From contig CAKKRJ010000012.1 in assembly GCA_919902775.1 (NCBI GenBank), forward strand, positions 81,728-145,727: DNA of 64,000 nt, read 5' to 3'. Source of the DNA: Burkholderiaceae bacterium (lineage in GTDB: Bacteria > Pseudomonadota > Gammaproteobacteria > Burkholderiales > Burkholderiaceae_C). Positions 9,086 through 21,780 of the stretch are shown here, in pieces. Below the pieces are notes generated by a model. It searched no databases. It had not been told where the DNA came from and saw only the letters and a list, made by a program, of their open reading frames with translations. Position 1 is the first letter of the stretch, and each line of letters starts with the position of its first letter. A program made the translations under genes and the position numbers.

Positions 9086-10042
9086 TTACCCCCGGATCGG
9101 CCCCACGGCCACCAGGCGTTGGATGGCCCGGCGCAAAGGGGCTGAACGTGCGGTCTGGTCGATGGACTTCACGCTGTAGCGGTGACCGGCCGGCAACAGG
9201 TGCAACTGCACCCCCAGCATTTCGATTTGTTCCAGGGTGTCCAGCTCGTTCACATTCGACTGCATGTGTGAGGGATCGACCAAGGTCACGGTGCCTCGGC
9301 CGATGATTTCAATGGCCTGACCCCGCTCGATCACCAAAGCGGTGTCTTCGTCGATACCAACCCCCAGCAAATCCGGACGCAGCGCCAAAGTGGACAGCAA
9401 ACGCGCCAGGCGCCTGCGCTCTGAAAAGTGCTGATCGACCACCGCCTGTGACAGCAACCCCAGACCGATGTCGGTGTCCACCGCTTCCTTGCTGGGCCGC
9501 AGCACGGCAGGCCCCTGGGCGATCATGTGGCGCGACATGACAGCCGCCCCGGCACTGGTGCCGCCAATACAGCAACCGTTCAGGTGGAAAGACTGGTGCA
9601 GCGATTGGTAAGCCGGGGTGTCCCACAAGGTGTCCATGAGTTTGGACTGGTCCCCACCGCTCATGAAGATGCCGTCGGCTTGCAGGATTTCAGCCTGCAA
9701 TGCCGGTGCATGGGCGCTCTCGCGGTCATCCAGTTCCAGCCGCTGCACGTCTTCCACGCCCAAAGACTGGAAGACATTTTGGTAACTTTGCCAGACGCCC
9801 TTTGGGTCGCCACTGGCGGCGGTGATGACACGGATGCGGGCTCGGCTGCCGCCACAGTAATCGGCGTAGTTGCGCAAGATGATGCGATCCTGCAAGCGGT
9901 CTTCGGCGCCACCGACGATCACCAAGCGGGATGTTTTGCTGCTTTGGCCCCAGGCAGACGGCCCCGTCAGTGCGGCAGCGCCCGCTCCCATGCCCCAGCC
10001 TGCGGCTGCAGCCATTCGCCTCAAAACGTCTCTTCGGTCCAT
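9086..10042 (-). CDS. cphB: Cyanophycinase (peptidase S51) with Tat signal
   Basis: IVGGAED, SGGDQ, GTSAGA nucleophile, DQHF, GIDEDT; N-terminal DRRDVL twin-arginine motif. Confidence 0.85.
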   Translation of the reverse strand: MDRRDVLRRMAAAAGWGMGAGAAALTGPSAWGQSSKTSRLVIVGGAEDRLQDRIILRNYADYCGGSRARIRVITAASGDPKGVWQSYQNVFQSLGVEDVQRLELDDRESAHAPALQAEILQADGIFMSGGDQSKLMDTLWDTPAYQSLHQSFHLNGCCIGGTSAGAAVMSRHMIAQGPAVLRPSKEAVDTDIGLGLLSQAVVDQHFSERRRLARLLSTLALRPDLLGVGIDEDTALVIERGQAIEIIGRGTVTLVDPSHMQSNVNELDTLEQIEMLGVQLHLLPAGHRYSVKSIDQTARSAPLRRAIQRLVAVGPIRG

Positions 10043-10094
10043 GGCGTGAACTCTAACCCACGAACCCGCCCTCGGTCTGTCTGTTGGGCCCGTT

Positions 10095-10448
10095 TCAAGC
10101 CTGCGCTGGTGCAAACGCCTCCCAGGCCGCCAGGGCCTCGGCGGTGTACATCAAGGCAGGGCCACCGCCCATGTACACACACACCGCGAGCATTTCCTCC
10201 AGCTCTTGGCGGGTACAGCCCAAACGGCGCAAGGCCTTGACATGGAAGCCGATGCACCCGGAGCAATGCTGGGTGATGCCGATGGCCAGGGCGATCAGCT
10301 CTTTGTTCTTTTCGCTGACCGCGCCCTCGGCCATGGCCGCCTTGGCCAGCTGGCCAAAGCCCTGCATGGCTTCGGGCTGGCCTTTGCGCAAACCGCCCAG
10401 GGACTGGTTGATGTTCTGGATCAACGTGGGGTGATCAAAGGTGCTCAT
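10095..10448 (-). CDS. Carboxymuconolactone decarboxylase/AhpD family protein
   Basis: KELIALAIGITQHCSGCIGFH (CxxC) and YMGGGP motifs. Confidence 0.88.
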   Translation of the reverse strand: MSTFDHPTLIQNINQSLGGLRKGQPEAMQGFGQLAKAAMAEGAVSEKNKELIALAIGITQHCSGCIGFHVKALRRLGCTRQELEEMLAVCVYMGGGPALMYTAEALAAWEAFAPAQA

Positions 10449-10474
10449 GTGTTTTCTTTCTAAAAATCAAAACT

Positions 10475-10765
10475 TCAAAGACGGTCAATGGGCAAACCAC
10501 ACTGCATGGACACCGCGCCAGCCGAGCCGCCATTGCTGACCTGCTGGTAGCCCATTTGCTGCATGAAGTTGCAGGCCATGCCCGAGCGCCCGCCTGAAGC
10601 ACAACACAGAACCACCGCCGTCGATTTGTCGGGCACCTGGTGGGCAATCTCCTCGGCAAATCGGTCCAAGGGCACATTGACCGAGCCACGCACATGGCCG
10701 GATGCGAACTCACCGGGAGAACGCACATCAATGATCAAAGGGGTGGTAGCGCTGGTTTGTGTCAT
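10475..10765 (-). CDS. Single-domain rhodanese (PspE-like sulfurtransferase)
   Basis: IIDVRSPGEFASGH and CASGGRS active loop. Confidence 0.9.
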   Translation of the reverse strand: MTQTSATTPLIIDVRSPGEFASGHVRGSVNVPLDRFAEEIAHQVPDKSTAVVLCCASGGRSGMACNFMQQMGYQQVSNGGSAGAVSMQCGLPIDRL

Positions 10766-10791
10766 GTTTCAAAGGCCCTGTGGTGAACGGT

Positions 10792-13475
<2,684 letters not shown>

Positions 13476-13498
13476 CTTGATGCTCTCTGTTGGCTGGA

Positions 13499-13708
13499 TC
13501 AGCAACCCGATTCCGCACCCAACTTGCGCAAGATGGATTCCATCAAGCACCACTTCGTCAGGGCGCTTTGCAGCAGGTTGACGCCGACAAAGGCGGTGAA
13601 TGCCAGCCACCAGGGGCTCACAAAAATGGGGCTGCCTTGGATGCCCAGAGCCAAAGACAGCAAGATGAAGGTGCCCGCGACAAGGCGCACGATTTGCCAG
13701 GATTTCAT
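13499..13708 (-). CDS. DUF2892 / YgaP-like membrane protein
   Basis: Two TM helices, FVGVNLLQSALTKWCLM motif. Confidence 0.85.
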   Translation of the reverse strand: MKSWQIVRLVAGTFILLSLALGIQGSPIFVSPWWLAFTAFVGVNLLQSALTKWCLMESILRKLGAESGC

Positions 13709-13735
13709 GGTATTTCTCCGAGGGGTTGATGAAAC

Positions 13736-16700
13736 TTAAAGATCGGTCTCGTACTGGCGCCGGTAAGCCGCGTAGTACAGCGTGGGGATCACGACCAGGG
13801 TCAGGATGGTCGAGACCAGGATGCCAAAAATCAGCGAAATGGCCAGGCCATTGAAGATCGGGTCGTCCAGGATGAAGAACGCCCCCAGCATGGCGGCACC
13901 GCCGGTCAGCATGATGGGCTGGGCACGGGTGATGGCCGATTGCACGATCGCTTGTTTAAAGGGCATGCCTTGCTTGACTTGCAGGTTGATGAAGTCCACC
14001 AGCAAGATGGAATTGCGCACGATGATGCCGGCCAGCGCGATCATGCCGATCATGCTGGTTGCGGTGTACTGCGCTTGCAGCAAGGCGTGGCCCGGCATGA
14101 CCCCGATGATGGTCAAGGGGATGGGCGCCATGATGATCAGCGGCGTGAGGTAAGAGCCAAACTGCGCCACCACCAGCAAATAAATCAGCACCAAGCCCAC
14201 CGCGTACGCGGCCCCCATGTCCCGGAAAGTCTCGTAGGTGATTTGCCACTCGCCGTCCCACTTGATGGCGTAACCGCGCCAGGCGTCGGCGGGCTGGCTG
14301 ATGAAGTACTCACCCAAGGCCTGGCCATCGGGCGTCTGTATTTTCTGAATGGCGCTGCGCATCTGGAACATGCCGTACAGCGGGCTGTCCAGCTGACCCG
14401 CCATGTCGGCGGTGACAAAGTTCACGGGCAGCAGGTCCTTGTGGATCACGGGTTGCTCGCGCTCGCTGTCGGTCACCGTGACCAGCTCACGGATCGGCAC
14501 CAGCTTGCCCGACGCGCCGCGCACCGTCAGTTGCAGCAAGGCCGACAGATCGCCATGCCGATCGGCAGGCAACTGAATCAGGGCCGCAGCCGGGTATTTG
14601 CTGCCGTCGTGCAAATAGGTGGCGGCTTCGCCGACCAGACCCGCACGCAACGTGGTGACGATGGCCTGCTGGGGAATGCCCAGAATCGCCGCCTTGCGGC
14701 GGTCCACCAGCAGCAGCTTGCGCGGTGCGACCGCCACACTGCTGTCGTCCACGTCCACCACGTTGTCGGTTTTTTCAAAGATGGCGCGCACGGCCTTGGC
14801 CACGCGGCGGCGACCTTCGGCGTCGGGGCCATAAATTTCAGCCACGATGGGCGCCATCACGGGCGGGCCGGGTGGCATTTCCACCACCTTGACGTTGGCT
14901 CCCCGGCGCAGGCCAATGGCTTGCAACTCGGGGCGCAAGCGGGTGGCGATGGCATGGCTTTGCGCATTGCGGTGGCTCTTGTCCACCAGCTTGACCTGCA
15001 TGTCACCCACCTCGCCCCCTGCGCGCAGGTAGTACTGGCGCACCAGCCCGTTGAAGTTGATCGGCGACGACGTGCCGGCGTAGGCCTGGTAGTCGGTCAC
15101 TTCGGGCTGGGCGGCCAAATAAGCCCCCAGTTCGCGCATGACGGCAGCGGTTTCTTCCACCGGCGTGCCCCCAGGCATGTCCACCACCACCTGAAATTCC
15201 GACTTGTTGTCAAAGGGCAGCATCTTGAGCAGCACCAATCCGGTCGCGGGCAGCACCAGCGACAGGGCAATCAAGCCGGCAATGCCCAGGCCCAGCAGAC
15301 GGCGGTTGCGCGGGCCCTGCGCGCGGTCCAGCAAGGGGGTAAACACGCGCTCAAACAAGGGCCCCAGTTTGGCGGCCAGGCCCGTGGGTGCGGCATGCCC
15401 ATCGGCGGCATGTGCAGCGTCCCCATGGCTGTGCGAAGCCTTCATCCAGATGCGCGCCAGCCAAGGCGTGACCACAAAGGCAATGGCCAGTGACAGCAGC
15501 ATGCCCATGCTGGCATTGATCGGGATCGGGCTCATGTAAGGGCCCATCAAGCCGCTCACAAAGGCCATGGGCAACAGCGCGGCGATCACCGTGAACGTGG
15601 CCAAGATGGTGGGGCCACCCACTTCATCGACCGCGCCAGGAATGATCTCGGCCAGGGTCTTGCCGGGATACAGCTGTTGGTGGCGGTGGATGTTTTCCAC
15701 CACCACGATCGCGTCGTCCACCAAAATGCCAATCGAGAAAATCAGCGCAAACAATGACACGCGGTTCAGCGTGAAACCCCAGGCCCACGAGGCGAACAGC
15801 GTCACCGTGAGCGTCAAAATCACCGCCGTGCCCACAATGGCCGCCTCGCGCTTGCCTAAAGCAATGAACACCAGCGCCACCACCGAGGCCGTGGCAAACA
15901 GCAGTTTCTGGATCAGCTTTTGCGCCTTGTCGTTGGCCGTCGCCCCGTAGTTGCGGGTCTCGACCACTTGCACATCATCAGGAATCACCGTCCCACGCAA
16001 GGCCGCCACGCGGTCCATCACGGCGTTGGCCACGTCGATGGCGTTTTCTCCGGGTTTTTTGGTGATGGCCAAGGTCACGGCGGGGTATTCACCCCCACCG
16101 GCGGCCTGGCCCAGGCCGTGCGTCACATAGCGCGTGGCGGGCAACGGGCCCTCTTCGACCTTGGCCACATCTTTCAGGAACACGGGCCGTCCGCCTTGCA
16201 CGCCCACCACCAGATCGGCCACATCGCTGGCTTGCGACAGGAAAGGCCCGGCATCGATGCGGATGCTCTGGTTGCCTGCAATCAACTCGCCCACCGGCAA
16301 GCCCATGTTGGCCGATTGCAAGGCCGTGCGCAGGTCATTCACCGTCACGCCAAAACCGGCCATGCGTTCGGGATCGATCTGTACCAGCACCGCACGGTCC
16401 GGGCCGCCCAGTGTCTGCACATCCTGCGTCCCTTTGACACGCTTGATGTCGGCTTCCATGCTGTGCGCCACGCGCTCCAGATTGAATGCGCTGCTGTCTT
16501 CACGGGGGCTGAACAACGTCAGTGTGACGATGGGCACATCGTCCACGCCCTTGGGTTTGATCAGCGGCTCCAGCACGCCCAGGCCCTTGGACAACCAGTC
16601 GGTGTTGTCACGGATCGTGTCGTGCAGGCGCACCAACGCTTCAGAGCGCGGCACACCCACCTTGAACTGCACCGTCAGGATGGCCAGACCGGGGCGCGAC

Positions 16701-16975
16701 ACCGACATGACGTGCTCCACACCCACGATCCTGGACAGCACCTGCTCGGCCGGAATGGCCACCATTTGCTCCACATCGCGCACAGCCGCCCCCGGAAACG
16801 GCACCAGCACATTGGCCATGGTCACGTTGATCTGGGGCTCTTCCTCGCGTGGCGTCACCAGCACGGCAAAAATACCCAACAGCAAAGCCATCAGGGCCAG
16901 CAGCGGTGTGATCTGCGCGCTTTGAAACAGGGCCGCAATGCGGCCAGAAATGCTCAGGCTTTTTGACGTGTTCAT
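13736..16975 (-). CDS. RND efflux permease (AcrB/CusA superfamily)
   Basis: PREEEPQI, GILVDDAIVVVENI, GIIVRNSILLVDF; 1079 aa. Confidence 0.93.
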   Translation of the reverse strand: MNTSKSLSISGRIAALFQSAQITPLLALMALLLGIFAVLVTPREEEPQINVTMANVLVPFPGAAVRDVEQMVAIPAEQVLSRIVGVEHVMSVSRPGLAILTVQFKVGVPRSEALVRLHDTIRDNTDWLSKGLGVLEPLIKPKGVDDVPIVTLTLFSPREDSSAFNLERVAHSMEADIKRVKGTQDVQTLGGPDRAVLVQIDPERMAGFGVTVNDLRTALQSANMGLPVGELIAGNQSIRIDAGPFLSQASDVADLVVGVQGGRPVFLKDVAKVEEGPLPATRYVTHGLGQAAGGGEYPAVTLAITKKPGENAIDVANAVMDRVAALRGTVIPDDVQVVETRNYGATANDKAQKLIQKLLFATASVVALVFIALGKREAAIVGTAVILTLTVTLFASWAWGFTLNRVSLFALIFSIGILVDDAIVVVENIHRHQQLYPGKTLAEIIPGAVDEVGGPTILATFTVIAALLPMAFVSGLMGPYMSPIPINASMGMLLSLAIAFVVTPWLARIWMKASHSHGDAAHAADGHAAPTGLAAKLGPLFERVFTPLLDRAQGPRNRRLLGLGIAGLIALSLVLPATGLVLLKMLPFDNKSEFQVVVDMPGGTPVEETAAVMRELGAYLAAQPEVTDYQAYAGTSSPINFNGLVRQYYLRAGGEVGDMQVKLVDKSHRNAQSHAIATRLRPELQAIGLRRGANVKVVEMPPGPPVMAPIVAEIYGPDAEGRRRVAKAVRAIFEKTDNVVDVDDSSVAVAPRKLLLVDRRKAAILGIPQQAIVTTLRAGLVGEAATYLHDGSKYPAAALIQLPADRHGDLSALLQLTVRGASGKLVPIRELVTVTDSEREQPVIHKDLLPVNFVTADMAGQLDSPLYGMFQMRSAIQKIQTPDGQALGEYFISQPADAWRGYAIKWDGEWQITYETFRDMGAAYAVGLVLIYLLVVAQFGSYLTPLIIMAPIPLTIIGVMPGHALLQAQYTATSMIGMIALAGIIVRNSILLVDFINLQVKQGMPFKQAIVQSAITRAQPIMLTGGAAMLGAFFILDDPIFNGLAISLIFGILVSTILTLVVIPTLYYAAYRRQYETDL

Positions 16976-16987
16976 GTCCTGGCCCCT

Positions 16988-18046
16988 TCAGCGGGCAGCG
17001 CCGGCCAATGCCGGCTCGGCGGCCACTTTGTCGTCCATGCGCAGGCCACTCAGAATTTCCACCCGCTCACCCACGGTCTGCCCCAGACGCACCTGCCGCA
17101 GGCTGGGTTGGCCCTGGTTGTTGATGACGACCACGCCCGTCATTTCGGCGCGGCGCACGATGGCCGTGCTGGGCAAAAACATGCGCTCGACACTGGCCTT
17201 GCCCGTGCTGGCACCCGGCAGCCACACCCGTGCAAACATGCCCGGGGCCAGCCCTTCCACGCCGGCGGGCAAACTCAAACGGATCTGCCCGGTGTGCGTG
17301 ACCGGGTCCACCGCCGGCAACACCTGCACCTGCTGCGGCGCCTGCGGGGTGGTGTAACCCGCCACACCAGGCAGCTCGTAGCGAATTGCCTTGGGCTGTG
17401 CAGCCACCGCAGCCAGCAAAGCCTGCGGCACCGCTGCCGTCACGCGCAGAGCCGACGGGTCGTGCAAGGTGACCAGGGCGCGCCCGGGCATGGCCATGTC
17501 ACCCACGGTGACGGGCACATCGCTCACCACACCGGCGTAAGGCGCGTTGACGACAAAAAATCCCGACTGGGTTTGCGCAGCCTGGGTCTGCGCCTGCAAC
17601 GCTTTCACCTGCGCTTTGGCCGCATCCCACTGTGACTGGGCACGGTCAAAAGCCCCTTGGCTGATGTATTGCTTTTGCAGCAACTGTTGTTGGCGCTCCA
17701 GCTCTTTGGTGGCCACGGCCAGGTTGGCCTGCGCGGCCTCCACCTGCGCGCTGGAGCCTGCCGCATTGTGTTGCGCTGCCCGCGCGTCAATGCGCAGCAA
17801 CTCCTGACCGGCCTTGACCCGATCGCCTGCTTTCACATGCAAAGCCACCACGGCACCCGCCACCTGCGAAGACAGCGTGGTCTGGCGTACCGCCTCGACC
17901 ACCGCGTCCAGGCTGCTTTCGGCCTGCGCTGTGCCTGCCGCTTGCACGGTAATCACCTGCACTGGCGCAGCAGGGCCCGCCACCACCAGGGCGGGAGAAG
18001 CAAGCGATGTCAGGGCGGCCAGGGTCAGCAGGGAAATGCGGCTCAT
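16988..18046 (-). CDS. RND periplasmic adaptor (membrane fusion protein)
   Basis: VKAGDRVKAGQ lipoyl half, APYAGVV, PGMFAR. Confidence 0.92.
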   Translation of the reverse strand: MSRISLLTLAALTSLASPALVVAGPAAPVQVITVQAAGTAQAESSLDAVVEAVRQTTLSSQVAGAVVALHVKAGDRVKAGQELLRIDARAAQHNAAGSSAQVEAAQANLAVATKELERQQQLLQKQYISQGAFDRAQSQWDAAKAQVKALQAQTQAAQTQSGFFVVNAPYAGVVSDVPVTVGDMAMPGRALVTLHDPSALRVTAAVPQALLAAVAAQPKAIRYELPGVAGYTTPQAPQQVQVLPAVDPVTHTGQIRLSLPAGVEGLAPGMFARVWLPGASTGKASVERMFLPSTAIVRRAEMTGVVVINNQGQPSLRQVRLGQTVGERVEILSGLRMDDKVAAEPALAGAAR

Positions 18047-18083
18047 CTTTTTCCTTCTTGTTTCTTTATTGCTTATTTAACTG

Positions 18084-18093
18084 ATTGATCAAT
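18084..18093. promoter_or_regulatory. Palindrome ATTGATCAAT in divergent promoter, candidate ArsR operator core
   Basis: Perfect 10-bp palindrome in the AT-rich gap between the MFP and ArsR genes. Confidence 0.4.
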
Positions 18094-18139
18094 TAGCGAA
18101 TGATACAATGAAAAAAGCAACACTGCCGGAGCCCGTGTC

Positions 18140-18514
18140 ATGCCACCCAAAATCGCCACCAAGGACAGCCCCCCCATGAAAGCTTTGCCTGAAGAAGCAT
18201 TGGTCGAAATCGCGGCGTATTTCCAGGCGCTGGCCGAGCCCACGCGGCTACTCATCCTGAACATCCTGCGCTCTGGTGAACGCAATGTGGGCGATTTGGC
18301 CCAGCTGTGCGGCTTCACCGCCGCCAATGTGTCGCGCCATTTGACCCTGATGACGCAGCAAGGTCTGCTCGAACGCGAAAGCCGCGGCACCAGCGCGTAC
18401 TACCGCATCGCCGATCCGTCCATCTTTGCGCTGTGCGATCTGGTCTGCGGCAACATCGCCCGCCAAATGGAAAAGTCCGCCGAACGGCGCGCAGCGTTCA
18501 CCTCGCTGTCCTGA
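18140..18514 (+). CDS. ArsR/SmtB family transcriptional regulator
   Basis: FQALAEPTRLLIL, ANVSRHL, C-terminal CDLVC; start may be 18176. Confidence 0.9.
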   Translation: MPPKIATKDSPPMKALPEEALVEIAAYFQALAEPTRLLILNILRSGERNVGDLAQLCGFTAANVSRHLTLMTQQGLLERESRGTSAYYRIADPSIFALCDLVCGNIARQMEKSAERRAAFTSLS

Positions 18515-18715
18515 CGGATGCAAGCCTAAGTGGGTTGAGTTGGCGCGTCGGTACGCTGCCCCACTGGCCAATGGCTCTCACGTGGACGTCAATAAGCATT
18601 CTCGCGCAGGTGCGCGCTCCCTCACGGCTCTGGTCATTGCAGGGTTAGGGAGTGGGTGTTTGGTGGGAGGCCACCCCTGCGGCCGAAGGCTGTTCTTTCG
18701 CGTTGAAAGACAGGA

Positions 18716-20350
18716 TCAGTGGCCGGGCTGGCGCAAGGTCCGGCTCAGCAAGATCACCGGAATCAACCCCACCAGCACCAACGCCAGCGATGGCAAGGCG
18801 GCTTCGCCCAGGCGCTCGTCGCGGGCCAACTGGTAGGCCACCACGGCCAGCGTGTCGCTGTTGAAGGGGCGCAGCACCATGGTGGCGGGCAACTCCTTCA
18901 TCACATCCACAAACACCAGCAACAGAGCGGCCAGGGTGGTTCGCTTGAGCAAGGGGGCATGCACGCGGCGCAGCAAACCCCAGCCGGTCACGCCCAGCAT
19001 GCGGGCAGAATCGTCCAGACTGCCCGGAATGCGCGCATAGCCGCTTTGCACCGACTGCAAAGCCACCGCGCAAAAACGCACCAGATACGCCCACACCAAG
19101 CCCAACGAGGTGGCGGTGATCCACGCCCCCGCTGACGATGCAGGCCAGGTTTCTTGTATCCAGCCGACCGGCAGCAACAAGCCCACCACCACCACCGCGC
19201 CGGGAATGGCATAACCCAGCCCCACCAGCTGGATGGCGCCCTGGCTGATGCGGTCAGCCCGGGTGCGCACGCTGAACGCCAGTGCCAGCGCCACGCCCAC
19301 GGCCAACACGGCGGTCACCGCACCCAGGCGCAAACTGGTCAACGCCCATTGCCCAAAACGCGCCCAAGGCAACTCGGTCGTCTCGCCCGCCAAAGCCCGC
19401 AACAAGATCAGCACCGGCAACACAAAACCCAACAGCACCGGCAAGCTGCACAAGCCCCAGGCCAACACACGGCGCGTGCCGTGCAGTACCACCGGCTGCG
19501 CCTCGGCCGAGCCTTGGCGCGCGCCACGCCCTTGGTTGAACCGCATGCGCTTTTGGGCGCGCTGCTCGAGCTGCAGCAACACCACCACCACGGCCAGCAG
19601 CACCGTGGCCAACTGCGCCGCTGCGATGCGGTTGTCCATGGACAGCCAGGCTTTGTAAATGCCTGCCGTGAAGGTTTGGATACCGAAATAGCTGGAGACG
19701 CCAAAGTCGGCCAAGGTTTCCATCAGCGCCAGTGCCACCCCGGCGGCCACCGCCGGACGCGCCAGGGGCAATGCGATCTCGCGGATGCGGCGGGACAATG
19801 GCGCACCCAGCAAACGGGCCGCTTCCATCAGGCCCGAAGCCCGCTCGACCAGGGCGGTGCGGGCCAGCAAATACACATAGGGGTAAAGCGCCAGCGTGAA
19901 CACCAGCGCCGCGCCCCAGACACTGCGCACATCGGGCCACAAACGCCCTTGCAGCCCCAGCGTTTCGCGCAAAGCCACTTGCAGCGGACCGCTGAACTGC
20001 AAGAAGTCGGTGTAGGCATAGGCCACCACATACGCGGGCATGGCCAGCGGCAACAGCAGCAACCATTCAAAAGTGCCGCGCCCTGGAAAATCAAACAGCG
20101 TGACCAAGGCCGCTGTGGCCAAGCCCAGCACCGTCACACCCACGGCAACCATCAGGCACAAGCCCAGCGTGGTCCATGCGTAATCGGGCAACACGGTGCG
20201 GGCCATCCCCCACAAAATCTCGGCGCTTGCCCCACTCCACTGCAGCCAGGAGCCCAGCACGGCCAGCACCGGCAGGGCCAAAGCCAGTGCCAACAGGGCG
20301 TAAAGCAAGGAAGGAAGACCCGAGCACCCTCGGGCCAAAGTGCTCAGCAT
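18716..20350 (-). CDS. fbpB: Fe3+ ABC transporter permease
   Basis: PLAMPAYVVAYAY, two EAA loops, ETLADFG, KELPAT; start approximate. Confidence 0.88.
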   Translation of the reverse strand: MLSTLARGCSGLPSLLYALLALALALPVLAVLGSWLQWSGASAEILWGMARTVLPDYAWTTLGLCLMVAVGVTVLGLATAALVTLFDFPGRGTFEWLLLLPLAMPAYVVAYAYTDFLQFSGPLQVALRETLGLQGRLWPDVRSVWGAALVFTLALYPYVYLLARTALVERASGLMEAARLLGAPLSRRIREIALPLARPAVAAGVALALMETLADFGVSSYFGIQTFTAGIYKAWLSMDNRIAAAQLATVLLAVVVVLLQLEQRAQKRMRFNQGRGARQGSAEAQPVVLHGTRRVLAWGLCSLPVLLGFVLPVLILLRALAGETTELPWARFGQWALTSLRLGAVTAVLAVGVALALAFSVRTRADRISQGAIQLVGLGYAIPGAVVVVGLLLPVGWIQETWPASSAGAWITATSLGLVWAYLVRFCAVALQSVQSGYARIPGSLDDSARMLGVTGWGLLRRVHAPLLKRTTLAALLLVFVDVMKELPATMVLRPFNSDTLAVVAYQLARDERLGEAALPSLALVLVGLIPVILLSRTLRQPGH

Positions 20351-20492
20351 CAACTCACCGGGTTCAACAAGGTCATGGCCTATTGTAGAAGCCCGCCTGC
20401 TGGCGGTTCGTCCGCTGGGTTGGACATGGCCCCAGCGCAGACAGGCGCGCGCCACCCCATGCGGGCTTGCCAACCTGCCTACAATCGAGACC

Positions 20493-21653
20493 ATGTTTCT
20501 AGAGCTTCGCCAACTGGACGTCCAATACCCCGGCAACCCCACGCCTGCTGTGCGCGGGGTGAATCTGGGGCTGCGGGCGGGCGACATTGGCGTGCTGATC
20601 GGGCCGTCCGGCTGCGGTAAAACCACGCTGCTGAGGGCCGTGGCAGGGCTGGAGCCGGTGTCGCGTGGCCAGATCTTGCTGTCCCAGCGCGTGGTCAGCG
20701 ATGCGGGCCACACCGAACCCGCAGAAAGCCGCCGCATTGGCATGGTGTTCCAGGACTACGCGCTGTTTCCACACATGGATGTGGGCCGCAATGTGGGTTT
20801 TGGCTTGGCCCATTTGTCCAAAGCCGCAAGACAACAACGCGTGAGCGAGGTGCTGGAACTGGTGGGTCTGGCCGGCTCTGACAAACGCTTCCCACATGAA
20901 CTCTCGGGCGGCCAGCAGCAACGTGTGGCCCTGGCGCGCGCACTGGCCCCCCAACCCGATTTGCTGCTCCTGGACGAGCCGTTTTCCAACCTCGACATCG
21001 ACCTGCGCGAACGCCTGGCCCACGAGGTACGCAACATCCTCAAGGCCGCCAAGGCCACGGCCCTGTTGGTCACGCACGACCAGCTGGAAGCCTTTGCCAT
21101 CGGCGATGTGATTGGCGTGATGAACGAAGGCCAGCTCCACCAGTGGGACGATGCCTACAGCCTGTACCACCGCCCGGCCACACGCTTTGTGGCCGACTTC
21201 ATTGGCCACGGCGTGTTCACACCCGCCACGCTGCGCGAAGTGGATGGCCAGGTCATGGTGGACACCCCTGTGGGCACACTGAACGATGTGGCCGAATGCC
21301 CCCTGCCCTGCGCGTTCAAAGACGGCCAATGCGATGTGCTGCTGCGCGCCGACGACATCGTGCACGACGACGGTGCCCCGGTGAAAGCCGAGATCATCCG
21401 CAAAGCGTTTCGCGGATCGGAGTTTTTGTACACCCTGCGCCTGGCCAGCGGCGATATGCTGATGGCCCATGTGCCCAGCCACCACGACCACAAACTGGGT
21501 GAATGGATCGGCATTCGCGCCGAGGTGGACCATGTCGTCACCTTCAACCGTGCCTGCCCGGTGAACCATCGGGAACTGTGCCAAATGCCCTGCGCCAAAG
21601 CCGAGGCCTGCGAGCACACCAACCCGAAATACCAAACGGTCAAGTTCTCGTAA
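20493..21653 (+). CDS. fbpC: Fe3+ ABC transporter ATP-binding protein
   Basis: GPSGCGKT, LSGGQQQR, LLLDEPF; Cys-rich C-terminal tail. Confidence 0.88.
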   Translation: MFLELRQLDVQYPGNPTPAVRGVNLGLRAGDIGVLIGPSGCGKTTLLRAVAGLEPVSRGQILLSQRVVSDAGHTEPAESRRIGMVFQDYALFPHMDVGRNVGFGLAHLSKAARQQRVSEVLELVGLAGSDKRFPHELSGGQQQRVALARALAPQPDLLLLDEPFSNLDIDLRERLAHEVRNILKAAKATALLVTHDQLEAFAIGDVIGVMNEGQLHQWDDAYSLYHRPATRFVADFIGHGVFTPATLREVDGQVMVDTPVGTLNDVAECPLPCAFKDGQCDVLLRADDIVHDDGAPVKAEIIRKAFRGSEFLYTLRLASGDMLMAHVPSHHDHKLGEWIGIRAEVDHVVTFNRACPVNHRELCQMPCAKAEACEHTNPKYQTVKFS

Positions 21654-21780
21654 CCCGCGCGGCCGGCACACCCGGTGCTGCTGCGCGTGATGACCGGATG
21701 GCTTGCGGCCGCATTTACAAACGAAGCAATGCGGCCCATGATGCGTTTTCAAAAGAAAACAAAATAATTCAGGAGGCGCC

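Noticed and set aside
13940-16966. Long plus-strand ORFs opposite the RND gene (similar ones opposite secA, sqr, his genes and murA)
   Set aside because: Antisense shadow ORFs expected from high-GC codon bias; no motifs
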